DNA of 64,000 nt, from positions 62,001-126,000 of the IMG/VR virus record IMGVR_UViG_3300020473_000011; one strand, 5' to 3'. Shown in pieces: positions 30,811 to 40,287 of the stretch. The stretch's first letter is position 1; every line of letters begins with the position of its first letter. The notes below the pieces were generated by a model. The model did not search any database. It was not told the origin of the DNA and was given only the letters and a program-made list of their open reading frames with translations. Made by a program: the position numbers and the translations under genes.

Positions 30811-31311
30811 CTACTTCACTTTGTACTTACGACCGTCTGTAATCGCAGGCACTTTTCGATGTGAGTCAGTACGGCCGATTGATACACGGTAGGCGTCAGT
30901 TACACCACACTCGTAAAGGTCATAAGGGTCTTCATCAGCCAAGCCATAGGTTTTCTTGAGAGGACAGTCAGCTTCCCAGCCCTTTACAATCGAAGCGTGT
31001 TCATTGGCGGCTGTTAGCTTGTCGAGGTTTGCATAACCCCACTTGAGTCCCATGGCCACAGCCATCGCATCTTTCTTACGGGCATAGTTAGCCTTACCTG
31101 AGCGGCAGTTGTTCCCTGACTGGTAGCCACCGTCTAGGACGTTACCGTCGCGGTCAACGATGTACCAACATGGGATATAACCGTGATGCTCTCCCATACC
31201 GAGAGAATTAACGCGCCATACGTAGGCAGGTTTGTTTACTACAAAAATTTCAGACGTGCGTTCAAGAAGGTCGTTAAGTTTGTCTTGTGTCAGTGCTGCG
31301 TATGCCATCAT
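30811..31311 (-). CDS. hypothetical protein
   Basis: GAGGA RBS, follows promoter. Confidence 0.75.
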   Translation of the reverse strand: MMAYAALTQDKLNDLLERTSEIFVVNKPAYVWRVNSLGMGEHHGYIPCWYIVDRDGNVLDGGYQSGNNCRSGKANYARKKDAMAVAMGLKWGYANLDKLTAANEHASIVKGWEADCPLKKTYGLADEDPYDLYECGVTDAYRVSIGRTDSHRKVPAITDGRKYKVK

Positions 31312-31351
31312 ATCCTCGGCTTGGTATCATCGTAATCAATTGTTACGCAGC

Positions 31352-31393
31352 ACTTTACAGGGAATGTTAGGTTATGTCAATCGTTGTACAATG
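31352..31393 (-). promoter_or_regulatory. promoter with box A abutting -35
   Basis: minus strand CATTGTACAACGA-TTGACA-17-TAAAGT. Confidence 0.8.
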
Positions 31394-31696
31394 CTTTTTA
31401 AGGTGGTCGTTGACTATGATTTTATTCGCGGCCTGTCCCGCCATAAGCGAGGTGCCGATAAATAGGACGGCGAGCGGTGTGACCAACCAGTACACCCCTG
31501 TGATAGCAGCGGCGGTTGCCGCTATCACTAGAGCACCTTGTATCAGGATAGATAGACGGTACCAGATATTCTTGTTGTAATAGAGATTTGCGCGCCTTAG
31601 CATAAAGACCGTCGCATAGGCACACCCTACGGCCACCAGCCCGTAAAGAGCAGGCATACCGTATTGTGCTACTTGGCCAATTAAATCAGAGTTCAT
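31367..31696 (-). CDS. membrane protein, hypothetical
   Basis: three hydrophobic segments. Confidence 0.7.
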   Translation of the reverse strand: MNSDLIGQVAQYGMPALYGLVAVGCAYATVFMLRRANLYYNKNIWYRLSILIQGALVIAATAAAITGVYWLVTPLAVLFIGTSLMAGQAANKIIVNDHLKKHCTTIDIT

Positions 31697-31724
31697 ATCG
31701 GTCTATCCTTCTATATCGGTTTAG

Positions 31725-32756
31725 TTACTCGTCGCGCATTGCGGCGAAGTACTCGTATACTTCTTTAGAGCGTTCGTGGCCTTGAGCTGGCATCAATTCG
31801 TTTGACCAGTTAAAGAAAGGCTTTTTCACATCGCGGATCATACTATCGACAGCCCAGACATACATCCAAGGAGACTCGAAGCGGTGAGGCTCTTTATTGT
31901 CCGTACGCATCTTTTGTAGTGCGGTCACTAAGCGGTAGCTTGGACACTGACGACCTTTCTCTGTCTGAGGCATCAATTCTTGGAATGTCATCATGATACT
32001 GTGCGCGTGGTTCTCATCCATCAAGTCTGCAACGAACCACCCTAAGATAACGCCGCTGATGTTAAAGGCTTTTGAGATAGTGGCAAGCTTGTACTTATCG
32101 AGTTTTGAAAGGCGCTCAATGATTTCAGGGTTTGCTTTGATGAACTTATACAGCTCTAATGGCGTTGGGCGTATGCTACGCGATTGACTAAAAGAGTCGA
32201 TACGTTGTGAGTTTGTGTTTGAGTTCTTCGTTAGTGCATAACGGCGCAGGTAGAAAAGACCGACGGCGATGGTCGCTAAGCGTGACTCAGTCAGACCCTG
32301 TGGCATTTCAAGCTTATTGATAACAAACAGATCCGCCAGTGTACGACGCTTACCCATATCCATTGTTAGGAGTGCTGAGTCATCAAGCTCACGCATGACC
32401 ATCAGTATCTGTGCTTCCCCTGATGCGATGACACTGCGTAGGCGGTGCTGACCATCCATAAAGCTACCACTCATACCGAACTTAACGCTTTCTCCGTTAT
32501 CGTACTGCCAGTTATTTTCTTTCATCATGCGAGAGTATTGGGCAACTAGGTTAACGTCTAGGTTACGCTGGTCGTCGTGATTGCAGTCTAGCCAGCGCTG
32601 TGCAATTTCAGGTGTGACACGTTCAAAGCTGATTGTAATGAATCGGTTTGGGTCGTGCGGTACAGGTAGTTGAACTGACGTTAAAACGTTCTCGGGTAGG
32701 TTGTTAGTCCCAAGCTTTCCCATATAGAAAATCCTCGTTAGTGACGGCATGGCCAT
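31725..32756 (-). CDS. ParB-N-like / DGQHR-motif protein
   Basis: VTPE.A..WL..N...R, Y..MM....W..NGE, DGQHRL, D.G..R..AD. Confidence 0.8.
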   Translation of the reverse strand: MAMPSLTRIFYMGKLGTNNLPENVLTSVQLPVPHDPNRFITISFERVTPEIAQRWLDCNHDDQRNLDVNLVAQYSRMMKENNWQYDNGESVKFGMSGSFMDGQHRLRSVIASGEAQILMVMRELDDSALLTMDMGKRRTLADLFVINKLEMPQGLTESRLATIAVGLFYLRRYALTKNSNTNSQRIDSFSQSRSIRPTPLELYKFIKANPEIIERLSKLDKYKLATISKAFNISGVILGWFVADLMDENHAHSIMMTFQELMPQTEKGRQCPSYRLVTALQKMRTDNKEPHRFESPWMYVWAVDSMIRDVKKPFFNWSNELMPAQGHERSKEVYEYFAAMRDE

Positions 32757-33017
32757 CGTGTTTTGGTTAGTGTGTTTGTCTACAACGTATTAGACTGCAT
32801 GTGTCAGTGTTATTGACTAAATACGCTGTGACACAGGTATTTATACCCTATTTTCGGCGATTGTACAAATCTTTGCGGTTTCTCGTGGTGTTCTCCGTAT
32901 TAGGGTCAGGGGTGCCTGCCCTCGGGTCAGTTAAGGATTGTGTAACGGGACGTTACGGAGCTGTTAATGGTGCTTGTGCAGTGTGAGTCTATGGGGTGAT
33001 AGTGTGGTGTATTTATA

Positions 33018-33062
33018 AATCGTTGTACAATGATTGACAGGTAGTGCTTACTCGCGTAAAGT
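33018..33062 (+). promoter_or_regulatory. promoter with box A abutting -35
   Basis: AATCGTTGTACAATGA-TTGACA-17-TAAAGT. Confidence 0.85.
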
Positions 33063-33104
33063 GCTGCAACATAACCGATTAGAAAAGAGACAGAGAGGTT
33101 CCTA

Positions 33105-33371
33105 ATGAGTAAACGGAATTATAAGGGCATGCCGAAGTCCGTACCCCCTGAGAACGAGTGTAAGGCGTGGTACGCATGGCTTGTTAAATTACCTGAGCGC
33201 CGCTTTAAAGCCTTAAAGCGTGCCAGTCTGGTGCGGCAGAAACGCCTTGAGTCTGAGCTTAAAAAGGGCTTCTTAAAGGATGAGCGTAAGTTTAACCAAG
33301 CCTACAACGAGCATACAGAGATACTGCTTGCTGAGCAGGCACGTCAACGCCTAGCCGCGCAGGCAGCGTAA
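33105..33371 (+). CDS. basic hypothetical protein
   Basis: GAGG RBS after promoter. Confidence 0.75.
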   Translation: MSKRNYKGMPKSVPPENECKAWYAWLVKLPERRFKALKRASLVRQKRLESELKKGFLKDERKFNQAYNEHTEILLAEQARQRLAAQAA

Positions 33372-33403
33372 GAACCGAATAACTATTTAAGAGTGAGAAT
33401 ACC

Positions 33404-33760
33404 ATGACACACAGACGCGGAAGCATTGGCGGTGTGACAGTCGGTGACGGCTGGTTACGTAATAACCCTGACTTAGCCTACCCTGATGGGCACGAGTCAA
33501 TGAGCGATGCCGAGTTAAAGGATGCGCTCAAGAAGCCTGAGACTGATACTGAGTTCCCATGGGGTGAGCTGGTGGACGTCGAACAGGGTATACCCGTTGG
33601 GAAAGTGAGTGACGTCTTGAGCCGTCAGGACAACGTGAGGTTTCTTGAGACAGCGGGTAAGTCAAACATACTGCACACTCACTATGTGCCGATTGAGTCT
33701 GACAGCCTCCCGTGCCCCGTTAAGAACTGTAATGCGAGTAACACCCAGAAGAAGGACTAG
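33404..33760 (+). CDS. hypothetical protein
   Basis: operon ORF. Confidence 0.65.
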   Translation: MTHRRGSIGGVTVGDGWLRNNPDLAYPDGHESMSDAELKDALKKPETDTEFPWGELVDVEQGIPVGKVSDVLSRQDNVRFLETAGKSNILHTHYVPIESDSLPCPVKNCNASNTQKKD

Positions 33761-33763
33761 GCC

Positions 33764-34072
33764 ATGAGTGACCGACTAACAACCGTCAGCGGTCAATGCA
33801 AAGAGCAAATCGAATTAATGACACCCCGCCAGAAGCTGGCAACGATTGAAGAACTGACGACGAACGTACAGGCGCTTCGTACGCTAACAGGGGCAGCCAA
33901 CCAAGTCATGGTTGATGCACTCGACGACGGTGAGATCCGCGAAGTCAACATGATGGGTGTAAGAGCAACGAACCTCATCTACACGCTGACTGAAAAGCTA
34001 GCCCTACTGCGTGAGTCACTAGACTTACCGAACACATTTAAAGAAGGTACCGACCATGACACTACAGGTTAA
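33764..34072 (+). CDS. helical hypothetical protein
   Basis: operon ORF. Confidence 0.7.
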   Translation: MSDRLTTVSGQCKEQIELMTPRQKLATIEELTTNVQALRTLTGAANQVMVDALDDGEIREVNMMGVRATNLIYTLTEKLALLRESLDLPNTFKEGTDHDTTG

Positions 34073-34532
34073 CGTCGCCGATTTAGAAGCCCTCATCAAT
34101 CAGGTGATTGTCTTACAGTCATCTACCCAGAATGCGAGCATCTTTCACATACCTGAGACAGAGGAAATCATCACGGAGCTTGAGCAACAGCACACGCGTG
34201 AAGCCCTGTTAAACGCCGCAGGGTGTGTTCTTGTGGCAAACAGTAACGTTGAAGAGCAAGCCCGTGGCCGACTTTTCCACGTTGTGAAGGGCAGCGAGTT
34301 CTTCTGTGAGAAGCGTATGGAAACATTCGGTGCGATTTATCAAAAAGTATTGGGGTCACGCCCTACCCTAAAGGAACTGATTGAAGCGTACAACATCATT
34401 AAGCCTGACGGACTGCGTAACAAGGCAATGCGCTCAAAGGCCAAGACTCTCCCTCAGTTCGCTGAGCAGACGGTGGCCAGTGCCTTTGCCCGTTACGGTG
34501 TTGCCCGTCGGCGTCAGAAGTACAACAGCTAG
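34056..34532 (+). CDS. hypothetical protein
   Basis: operon ORF. Confidence 0.7.
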   Translation: MTLQVNVADLEALINQVIVLQSSTQNASIFHIPETEEIITELEQQHTREALLNAAGCVLVANSNVEEQARGRLFHVVKGSEFFCEKRMETFGAIYQKVLGSRPTLKELIEAYNIIKPDGLRNKAMRSKAKTLPQFAEQTVASAFARYGVARRRQKYNS

Positions 34533-34598
34533 TTCTCAACCCCAAAAGAGTGTGGTATCTTTACATCTTTGTACAACGATTGTTTTGAGAAAGATGTA

Positions 34599-35159
34599 AT
34601 GAGCCACCAGCTACCACGCGCAAATGCTATCCTAGAAAAGTTAACTTGGGGTCGCGGTAAGAAGAACCATGCCACCTTCCTACCCATGCTTGATGAAGTA
34701 GCCAACTACTTTCTTGCTGAGCTAAACGTCCCTTCACGTACCAAGCTTAAAATCAGCTTCGAGAAGATGCCTTCGAACCAGAAAGGCTACCTAAACCTCA
34801 GTCCCAATCAGACAGACAACTTTGAGATCAAGCTTAACACGGCCTTTAGCTTCCGCTTTATGGTGTCAACACTGGCACACGAAATCACGCACTTAGCCCA
34901 AGTGGTACGCGGTGACCTTTCAGTCAATACAGACGGCCAGATTGTATGGAAAGGTGACGTTGTTGTATTACCCGAAGGCAGCCAAGCAGGACTGACTCAC
35001 CCCGACACCCCTGCGTACCACAAAGCCTATAAGCGTATGCCTCATGAAGCCGAAGCCTATGGCAATGAAGACACCTTCTTTGCTGCTGCCAAGGCGAAGT
35101 TTGACCGCCCAATAGAATCCATGGCCGAGCTTGGTATAGACATCAATTACTTTGATTGA
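34599..35159 (+). CDS. HExxH zinc metallopeptidase-like protein
   Basis: TLAHEITHLAQ and PHEAEAY; box A (TTGTACAACGATT 34569-34581) upstream. Confidence 0.75.
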   Translation: MSHQLPRANAILEKLTWGRGKKNHATFLPMLDEVANYFLAELNVPSRTKLKISFEKMPSNQKGYLNLSPNQTDNFEIKLNTAFSFRFMVSTLAHEITHLAQVVRGDLSVNTDGQIVWKGDVVVLPEGSQAGLTHPDTPAYHKAYKRMPHEAEAYGNEDTFFAAAKAKFDRPIESMAELGIDINYFD

Positions 35160-35195
35160 CCCTGTGGTTAATCCTACCAACGAGGAACTGAGACG

Positions 35196-35387
35196 ATGAC
35201 ATCACCTAATGCGATAATGAAATACTTTGCTTATGCACACCTACCTGAGCACCTACAAGCAGTCAGCAAGCCGTTTGGCGAGTTAGCTGAGCACATGGAC
35301 AAGACACTGCCTAATGGTGCAGAGAAGTCCGCAGGTTTGCGTAAACTACTTGAAGCAAAAGACTGCATGGTTCGCGCTTCACTGTAA
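35196..35387 (+). CDS. small helical-hairpin protein, Acb2/Tad1-like candidate
   Basis: FAYAHLP...LPNGAEKSAGLRKLLEAKDCMVRA. Confidence 0.5.
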   Translation: MTSPNAIMKYFAYAHLPEHLQAVSKPFGELAEHMDKTLPNGAEKSAGLRKLLEAKDCMVRASL

Positions 35388-35421
35388 CCCATAACACAAC
35401 CTACAATTTGGAATTGAGACT

Positions 35422-35805
35422 ATGACACAAGTAACATCACGCGCAAGCGCACTATTAGGCCGCACTGAACTAGCAGAGCGTAACCAAGACGCGCTAGAAG
35501 CCATTAAGAACCTAAACAAGGTGCTAGGCAAGAAAGACCAAGAGCTATGGACTCACATGCTTCAAAACATGCTTGAGAAAGACGGCAAAGACCTTAAAGA
35601 GGCACTAACAGCCCTTCAAGAGCTATCAGGTAACCTTGTTGAAATCGTGGATGACCTAGCACTGGGCTTAGACGAAGCGGAGCTTGCAGGCGAGTCGGCT
35701 ATCCATAACTTAGACGACATCAATAAGTATGCCGCAGGTGCAGCTAATGCACTAACGTCAATGGACTCTGAAATCACAGCGGCGCTACAACGCATCAAGG
35801 CGTAA
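35422..35805 (+). CDS. acidic helical hypothetical protein
   Basis: AATTGAGACTATG leader identical to those at 5590 and 7257. Confidence 0.75.
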   Translation: MTQVTSRASALLGRTELAERNQDALEAIKNLNKVLGKKDQELWTHMLQNMLEKDGKDLKEALTALQELSGNLVEIVDDLALGLDEAELAGESAIHNLDDINKYAAGAANALTSMDSEITAALQRIKA

Positions 35806-35835
35806 GCACTGTCGGCGATAGAGAGCCACACGACG

Positions 35836-35864
35836 AAAAGGGTCAGCCATGTGCTGGCCTTTTT
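35836..35864 (+). terminator. intrinsic terminator
   Basis: GGGTCAGC-CATGT-GCTGGCCTTTTT. Confidence 0.75.
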
Positions 35865-35959
35865 AGTTTAAATAACCGTCCTAACCGCTTGCACCCCACC
35901 CGTTTTTAGCATAAGCTGATTGAAAATGTATCGACACTGCCTCTCTCACACTTCGGTGT

Positions 35960-37186
35960 ATGGCCACTGATACGTTGACTTTAGATAGTCAAAACCTTTT
36001 AGCTTTCGACCTTAAAAACAAACGTTACGGTTGTCAGGCTCTAAGGAGAGAAACAGCCCAAGTCATAGAAAAGACCGTAACCTTATTTTTAAGGAACAGT
36101 ACCATGCTGCCTAAAAAGCAATTTAATAGTGCTGTCGCGCGCCTGCGTGACATTGCAACAACAACCGACCTTATTCAGATGCTAGCCCACCAGCTTATAA
36201 GAGCCAACGACAACGGTGAGCACAACGAACTACTTGCCCTACTTAGTAAGACATCCCCGCAGTTTGAGGGTAAGCCCCTACTCGACCGCCGACGTGCCGA
36301 GAACTACCTTGCTAATGCACTCTATGGACGTAACCATAGTCAGATAGCACACTTGCTGCCAAAAGAGGATGAGACCTTACCCGAGCAAGTATTTGAGGAA
36401 CCCCCTGTGTACGACCGTCGCCTTGAAGAGGCGCACTATGAGCGTAAGAATCGCGATCTGTTTGAGCGCATGACGGCCATGCACAACCTTCTCGCTTATA
36501 AGCTATATACGGTACCGTCAGCGGCGGGTGACCGAAAAGAAGGCGACACACTTAGGCTGACGCAGGTTGCCGCTAAATACAACCTAGGTGAGGGCGACGC
36601 GTATAACGATGCGAGAGACTGGATCTGTAATACCCTAAAGAGCTTCTTTGTTACAAACCTTAGCACGTCTGATGACCCTACCGTAAAGAGCTTTGTAGCT
36701 ACACTAAAACAGACCTTAGCTGAACTACGTAATAAAAGGGCTATGCGATGTGAGGGTACTACGTTTTTTGAAGCGATGGCGCGCGTTCGTAAAGAAGCTA
36801 TGGAGACTGGACGGAATCTATACGACCTCGACTCAATGACTGCATGGAAGCTACACGACCACGACTCCGTACTACCACGCGGAGCGAAGCAGTACCACGC
36901 CTCGATAGAGCTTGGTGGCAATAAGTCTGAACAGCACATTCTTATTAGGCTAATCGCTTACGATACAAAAGATGCGTTGTCTCTCGTTGACAGCAACCGA
37001 GAGCTTCCTGACCAACCGCCTGCGCATGTTTTAGTAAAAGGCGAAGTCTATGTCGACGGCATGCTTTACAGTAATAGCGAGGCACATCCTGAGTTCTGGT
37101 TACTGGTCATAGCAGACCTTCTATGGCGTCTACCGCTCTTTTGCATGGTGATCGGTCTAGACCTAGAGACCGATATGACCCACTAA
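35960..37186 (+). CDS. hypothetical protein (408 aa)
   Basis: long ORF; TTGCAC-17-TAAGCT upstream. Confidence 0.75.
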   Translation: MATDTLTLDSQNLLAFDLKNKRYGCQALRRETAQVIEKTVTLFLRNSTMLPKKQFNSAVARLRDIATTTDLIQMLAHQLIRANDNGEHNELLALLSKTSPQFEGKPLLDRRRAENYLANALYGRNHSQIAHLLPKEDETLPEQVFEEPPVYDRRLEEAHYERKNRDLFERMTAMHNLLAYKLYTVPSAAGDRKEGDTLRLTQVAAKYNLGEGDAYNDARDWICNTLKSFFVTNLSTSDDPTVKSFVATLKQTLAELRNKRAMRCEGTTFFEAMARVRKEAMETGRNLYDLDSMTAWKLHDHDSVLPRGAKQYHASIELGGNKSEQHILIRLIAYDTKDALSLVDSNRELPDQPPAHVLVKGEVYVDGMLYSNSEAHPEFWLLVIADLLWRLPLFCMVIGLDLETDMTH

Positions 37187-37297
37187 CCGCTATAACTACA
37201 TAACTGAATGCTCCACCAGAAAAGGTCAGTATTTGTGAGCTGGCCTTTTCTTTTCCATTAGCACTTCCTTTTCAATACCACCAGCCCTACCCTAAAT

Positions 37298-37343
37298 AAT
37301 CGTTGTACAACCTATTGCGCCCCAGTACTTTTCGTGATTTAAT
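37298..37343 (+). promoter_or_regulatory. promoter: box A upstream, box B over -35
   Basis: AATCGTTGTACAA; TTGCGCCCCAG; TTGCGC-17-TTTAAT. Confidence 0.75.
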
Positions 37344-37391
37344 GCACTCAATTGAACTAAATTAAATCGAACTGAGACACTAGGGACAACT

Positions 37392-38162
37392 ATGACTAAT
37401 TATGAACCGTCTGAGATCCTGCTTAATCCGAATGAGCTGGTGGCTTACATGGATGCAGTAGGCTTTGACTTCCAAAACTACCCTGACACACCGCTTGACC
37501 TCGATGATGGCTTGTCCCTGCATGTAGGCGGCGACGCGAAGAGTCACTACATCTTTCGCTTTAAAATCGAAGGTCTGGGGCTTGTCACTGAGCTGTGTAT
37601 CAGTGACCTTACGAAGGGTGAGCACAGACTGAATATCACGAATCACGACGAGCACAGCTTCTTCCTTGATATGGGCGGCGAGTTACGTGACTATGAGGCA
37701 ACGCAGTGCGTTATCTTCCGCGCACGCTTCTTAGCAATACGTCTCGCGAAGCAGCTGACGGAACCTGCGCGACTGGCCGAGCTTAAAGAAGCAGCACAAG
37801 CTGAACGTCGTGCACGTGAGGCCGAGGCTAAGCGTCTGGCTGAAAAGGCCGCTCAGGCCGTCTCAGAGCGTATCACCTCGTTTGAAGAGCATCATGCCCG
37901 TGTCGGTGAAACAAAAGCCAAAGCCATTAAGGCCGACATGGAAACTACCTTTAGCCTACTGAGTGAGGGTGAGCGCGTTACCCGTACATTCTTGTTTCTG
38001 TTACTAACAGGCTACCCAAGGCAACGCGAGCTACACTTGTCGTGTGAGAAAGGCGGCCAAATGGCATGGCGTGACCATCGCAATAATCTCATTGACCCTG
38101 CTATCGTGGTTGACCTTATTAGTAAAGCGTGGGAACCCCGCATCGCCGAGGGCGTCTACTAA
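37392..38162 (+). CDS. hypothetical protein with coiled-coil linker
   Basis: ORF after promoter. Confidence 0.8.
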   Translation: MTNYEPSEILLNPNELVAYMDAVGFDFQNYPDTPLDLDDGLSLHVGGDAKSHYIFRFKIEGLGLVTELCISDLTKGEHRLNITNHDEHSFFLDMGGELRDYEATQCVIFRARFLAIRLAKQLTEPARLAELKEAAQAERRAREAEAKRLAEKAAQAVSERITSFEEHHARVGETKAKAIKADMETTFSLLSEGERVTRTFLFLLLTGYPRQRELHLSCEKGGQMAWRDHRNNLIDPAIVVDLISKAWEPRIAEGVY

Positions 38163-38494
38163 TGGCACTCTCAACGTATGATCCTAACCTTATGTTAAGC
38201 GGGCGCACGGCGACCCAGACGGTACAACTAACCTTTCAACAGTGGGAGTACACCGTCACAGAAGAAGTTTCGGTCGGGGGCAGTTGCGGCGGCATGTCTG
38301 TGATGGAAACGGCGCTTGAGTACGTTTATGACCGTCTGCCCGTTGATGATCATGGGTATGCTTCTCTTGTAATGAAAGATGCTAACCAGAATGAACTAAC
38401 GGTCGAGGATGACGATGACGGTCAGTACGACTGGCTGCGTGACATGCTTGTTAAGGTAGAAATAATTAAGGTAGAACTCGACCCGCTTGAGTAG
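38162..38494 (+). CDS. acidic hypothetical protein
   Basis: TAATG coupling, start MALSTYD. Confidence 0.75.
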   Translation: MALSTYDPNLMLSGRTATQTVQLTFQQWEYTVTEEVSVGGSCGGMSVMETALEYVYDRLPVDDHGYASLVMKDANQNELTVEDDDDGQYDWLRDMLVKVEIIKVELDPLE

Positions 38495-38527
38495 GCCGAG
38501 ACCCCGAACCAAATCCCATTACTTGCC

Positions 38528-38592
38528 AAAGGGAGACCTGTGTGACGACAGACTCCCTTTTTTGTTGCCTGCGTATTTTGTTGCCTGCGTAT
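38528..38592 (+). terminator. terminator (GGGAG stem) followed by 16 bp tandem duplication
   Basis: AAAGGGAG...CTCCCTTTTTT; TTTGTTGCCTGCGTAT x2 at 38561-38592. Confidence 0.75.
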
Positions 38593-38777
38593 GGCGTACT
38601 GACTAGTACTCACCACCGAATAAGACACCTGTGTTACGTAAATGTATGACCGTTGTACTACGTATGTAACCCATTATCCCAAGAACACGCATTATCTCAT
38701 CACTAAGGCTTAGTCTGTGTTAATCACTGACCACCAGCTGTTTGCAATTAATTCCAACAAAAGTAGTATTTTTGCAG

Positions 38778-38823
38778 ATCGTTGTACAATGCTGTTGCGC
38801 CGCAGCGGTTTAGGGCGTATAGT
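38778..38823 (+). promoter_or_regulatory. promoter: box A upstream, box B over -35
   Basis: ATCGTTGTACAATG; TTGCGCCGCAG; TTGCGC-17-TATAGT. Confidence 0.85.
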
Positions 38824-38915
38824 CCACCCATCAACAGAGATTTGATAAAGACGTACACCGATACTCAACGATACTGAGGCGTGTACAACGAAAAGAGACT
38901 TAGAAGGATATTGCT

Positions 38916-39329
38916 ATGCAGCACACTGTAAAAGAACAGCTGGCTTTTGCTGACTATGCGTTAGAACGCCTAGAAGTCGCATTCGCCCAAGAGAACTACG
39001 GTCACATAACTGGCCTAAAAGTAGTTGAGGCCATTGGCCACATTAAGCACCTTGATATGAAGGTCACGTACGAAGACAGCAAAGGCGAGCACGATGTTAC
39101 CTTGCATGCAGCTCTGACTGAGCTGAATAACCGCCTTGTTGCTTTCTTCAACTTTCAAATTGAAGCCAACGACGCGATGAAAGCACACGACCGTGGTGAA
39201 GAGACTGAGTTCGACCCTTTCCGTATGGAGCTTGAACTCGACCAAGACCGCGACTGCCTTGCTGAGGCGTTTGATACGCTACGCCTTGCCTTTGACCAAC
39301 TAAAGGAGACCACCGTATGGACTCCCTGA
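38916..39329 (+). CDS. hypothetical protein, paralog of 39317-39709
   Basis: shared LDM...Y.D / AL..L..RL / ELDQ..D blocks. Confidence 0.75.
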   Translation: MQHTVKEQLAFADYALERLEVAFAQENYGHITGLKVVEAIGHIKHLDMKVTYEDSKGEHDVTLHAALTELNNRLVAFFNFQIEANDAMKAHDRGEETEFDPFRMELELDQDRDCLAEAFDTLRLAFDQLKETTVWTP

Positions 39330-39709
39330 TGTTTCACCGCATGCAATCAGCCAACGCCGTGCTTAATCTCGTTGGCCTTGCTTTAGGCCGCAGCCGTCTA
39401 AGCCGCCCACAGAATGACAGTGCAGTAGCCAACCTAATGATGTGCGATAAGCTTGATATGATCATCAACTACGATGACGGTATCGAGCAGCGCACAACAA
39501 CGTATTACAAGGCGCTTGTACGCTTAATCGAAAGACTACAAGACCATAGCACACAGCACGTACATTACCGTATGCGCCTTGATGCAGGAGACGCCGACAC
39601 TGAACACCTTGCCAGTATGAAGGCTGAGCTAGACCAAGAGCTAGACCACATCAGGACGATGTATAAATCACTGCGTGAAAACCACACGCGTTTAACTAAC
39701 ACACTCTAA
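39317..39709 (+). CDS. hypothetical protein, paralog of 38916-39329
   Basis: AAGGAG RBS. Confidence 0.75.
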   Translation: MDSLMFHRMQSANAVLNLVGLALGRSRLSRPQNDSAVANLMMCDKLDMIINYDDGIEQRTTTYYKALVRLIERLQDHSTQHVHYRMRLDAGDADTEHLASMKAELDQELDHIRTMYKSLRENHTRLTNTL

Positions 39710-39737
39710 CTGATGATCCGATAAAGGAAGAACACCC

Positions 39738-40013
39738 ATGACCGAATTAACCGCAAACCAGCTTGTGCTTTTATTAGATGTTTTTGGCGGCGACCGTGTC
39801 GCTTCCCAAGACACACTACAGCCCCTTAAAGAGAAAGGGTTAGTCGAGCGCATCCATCGTGCCGACGATGGGCTGTACGGCGCATACGTCACCCCTCGTG
39901 GCTACAAACAGCTACGCGAGCGTTTAATCGACCATGCTAATTCACTCGAACGTTTACATGCTGTGCTAGGTGGGACACAAGCAGCTTCGCTCGTAGACTC
40001 GGCTGTGAACTAG
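39738..40013 (+). CDS. small protein, possibly winged-helix
   Basis: LT..Q..LL...L..KGLVE...VTPRG pattern. Confidence 0.65.
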   Translation: MTELTANQLVLLLDVFGGDRVASQDTLQPLKEKGLVERIHRADDGLYGAYVTPRGYKQLRERLIDHANSLERLHAVLGGTQAASLVDSAVN

Positions 40014-40046
40014 AACTCGAACTAGAATAACAACGTTTAATCTGCC

Positions 40047-40077
40047 AAAGGGAGTCGCTACGTCGGCTCCCTTTTTT
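40047..40077 (+). terminator. terminator (GGGAG stem family)
   Basis: AAAGGGAGTCG...CGGCTCCCTTTTTT. Confidence 0.8.
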
Positions 40078-40186
40078 GTTGGGTGCGCTCACAGACGGTC
40101 TACATACAGACAGACTCTAAATTTATTTCTACCTGCCCCGCCCCAGTGCCAGCTTACCCAATGGTGCGTAGCCTGCCGTTTGGTAA

Positions 40187-40234
40187 AATCGTTGTACAAT
40201 ACTTCTTGCGCCGCAGGGGTTTTGCCGTTATAGT
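40187..40234 (+). promoter_or_regulatory. promoter: box A upstream, box B over -35
   Basis: AATCGTTGTACAAT; TTGCGCCGCAG; TTGCGC-17-TATAGT. Confidence 0.85.
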
Positions 40235-40287
40235 ACGTCTCACTAACCGAACAGAATTACTAACCGATTACAGTGAAGGAATGGAAC

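Noticed and set aside
38561-38592. 16 bp tandem duplication after a terminator
   Set aside because: Only two copies with no counterpart elsewhere; likely a local slippage event
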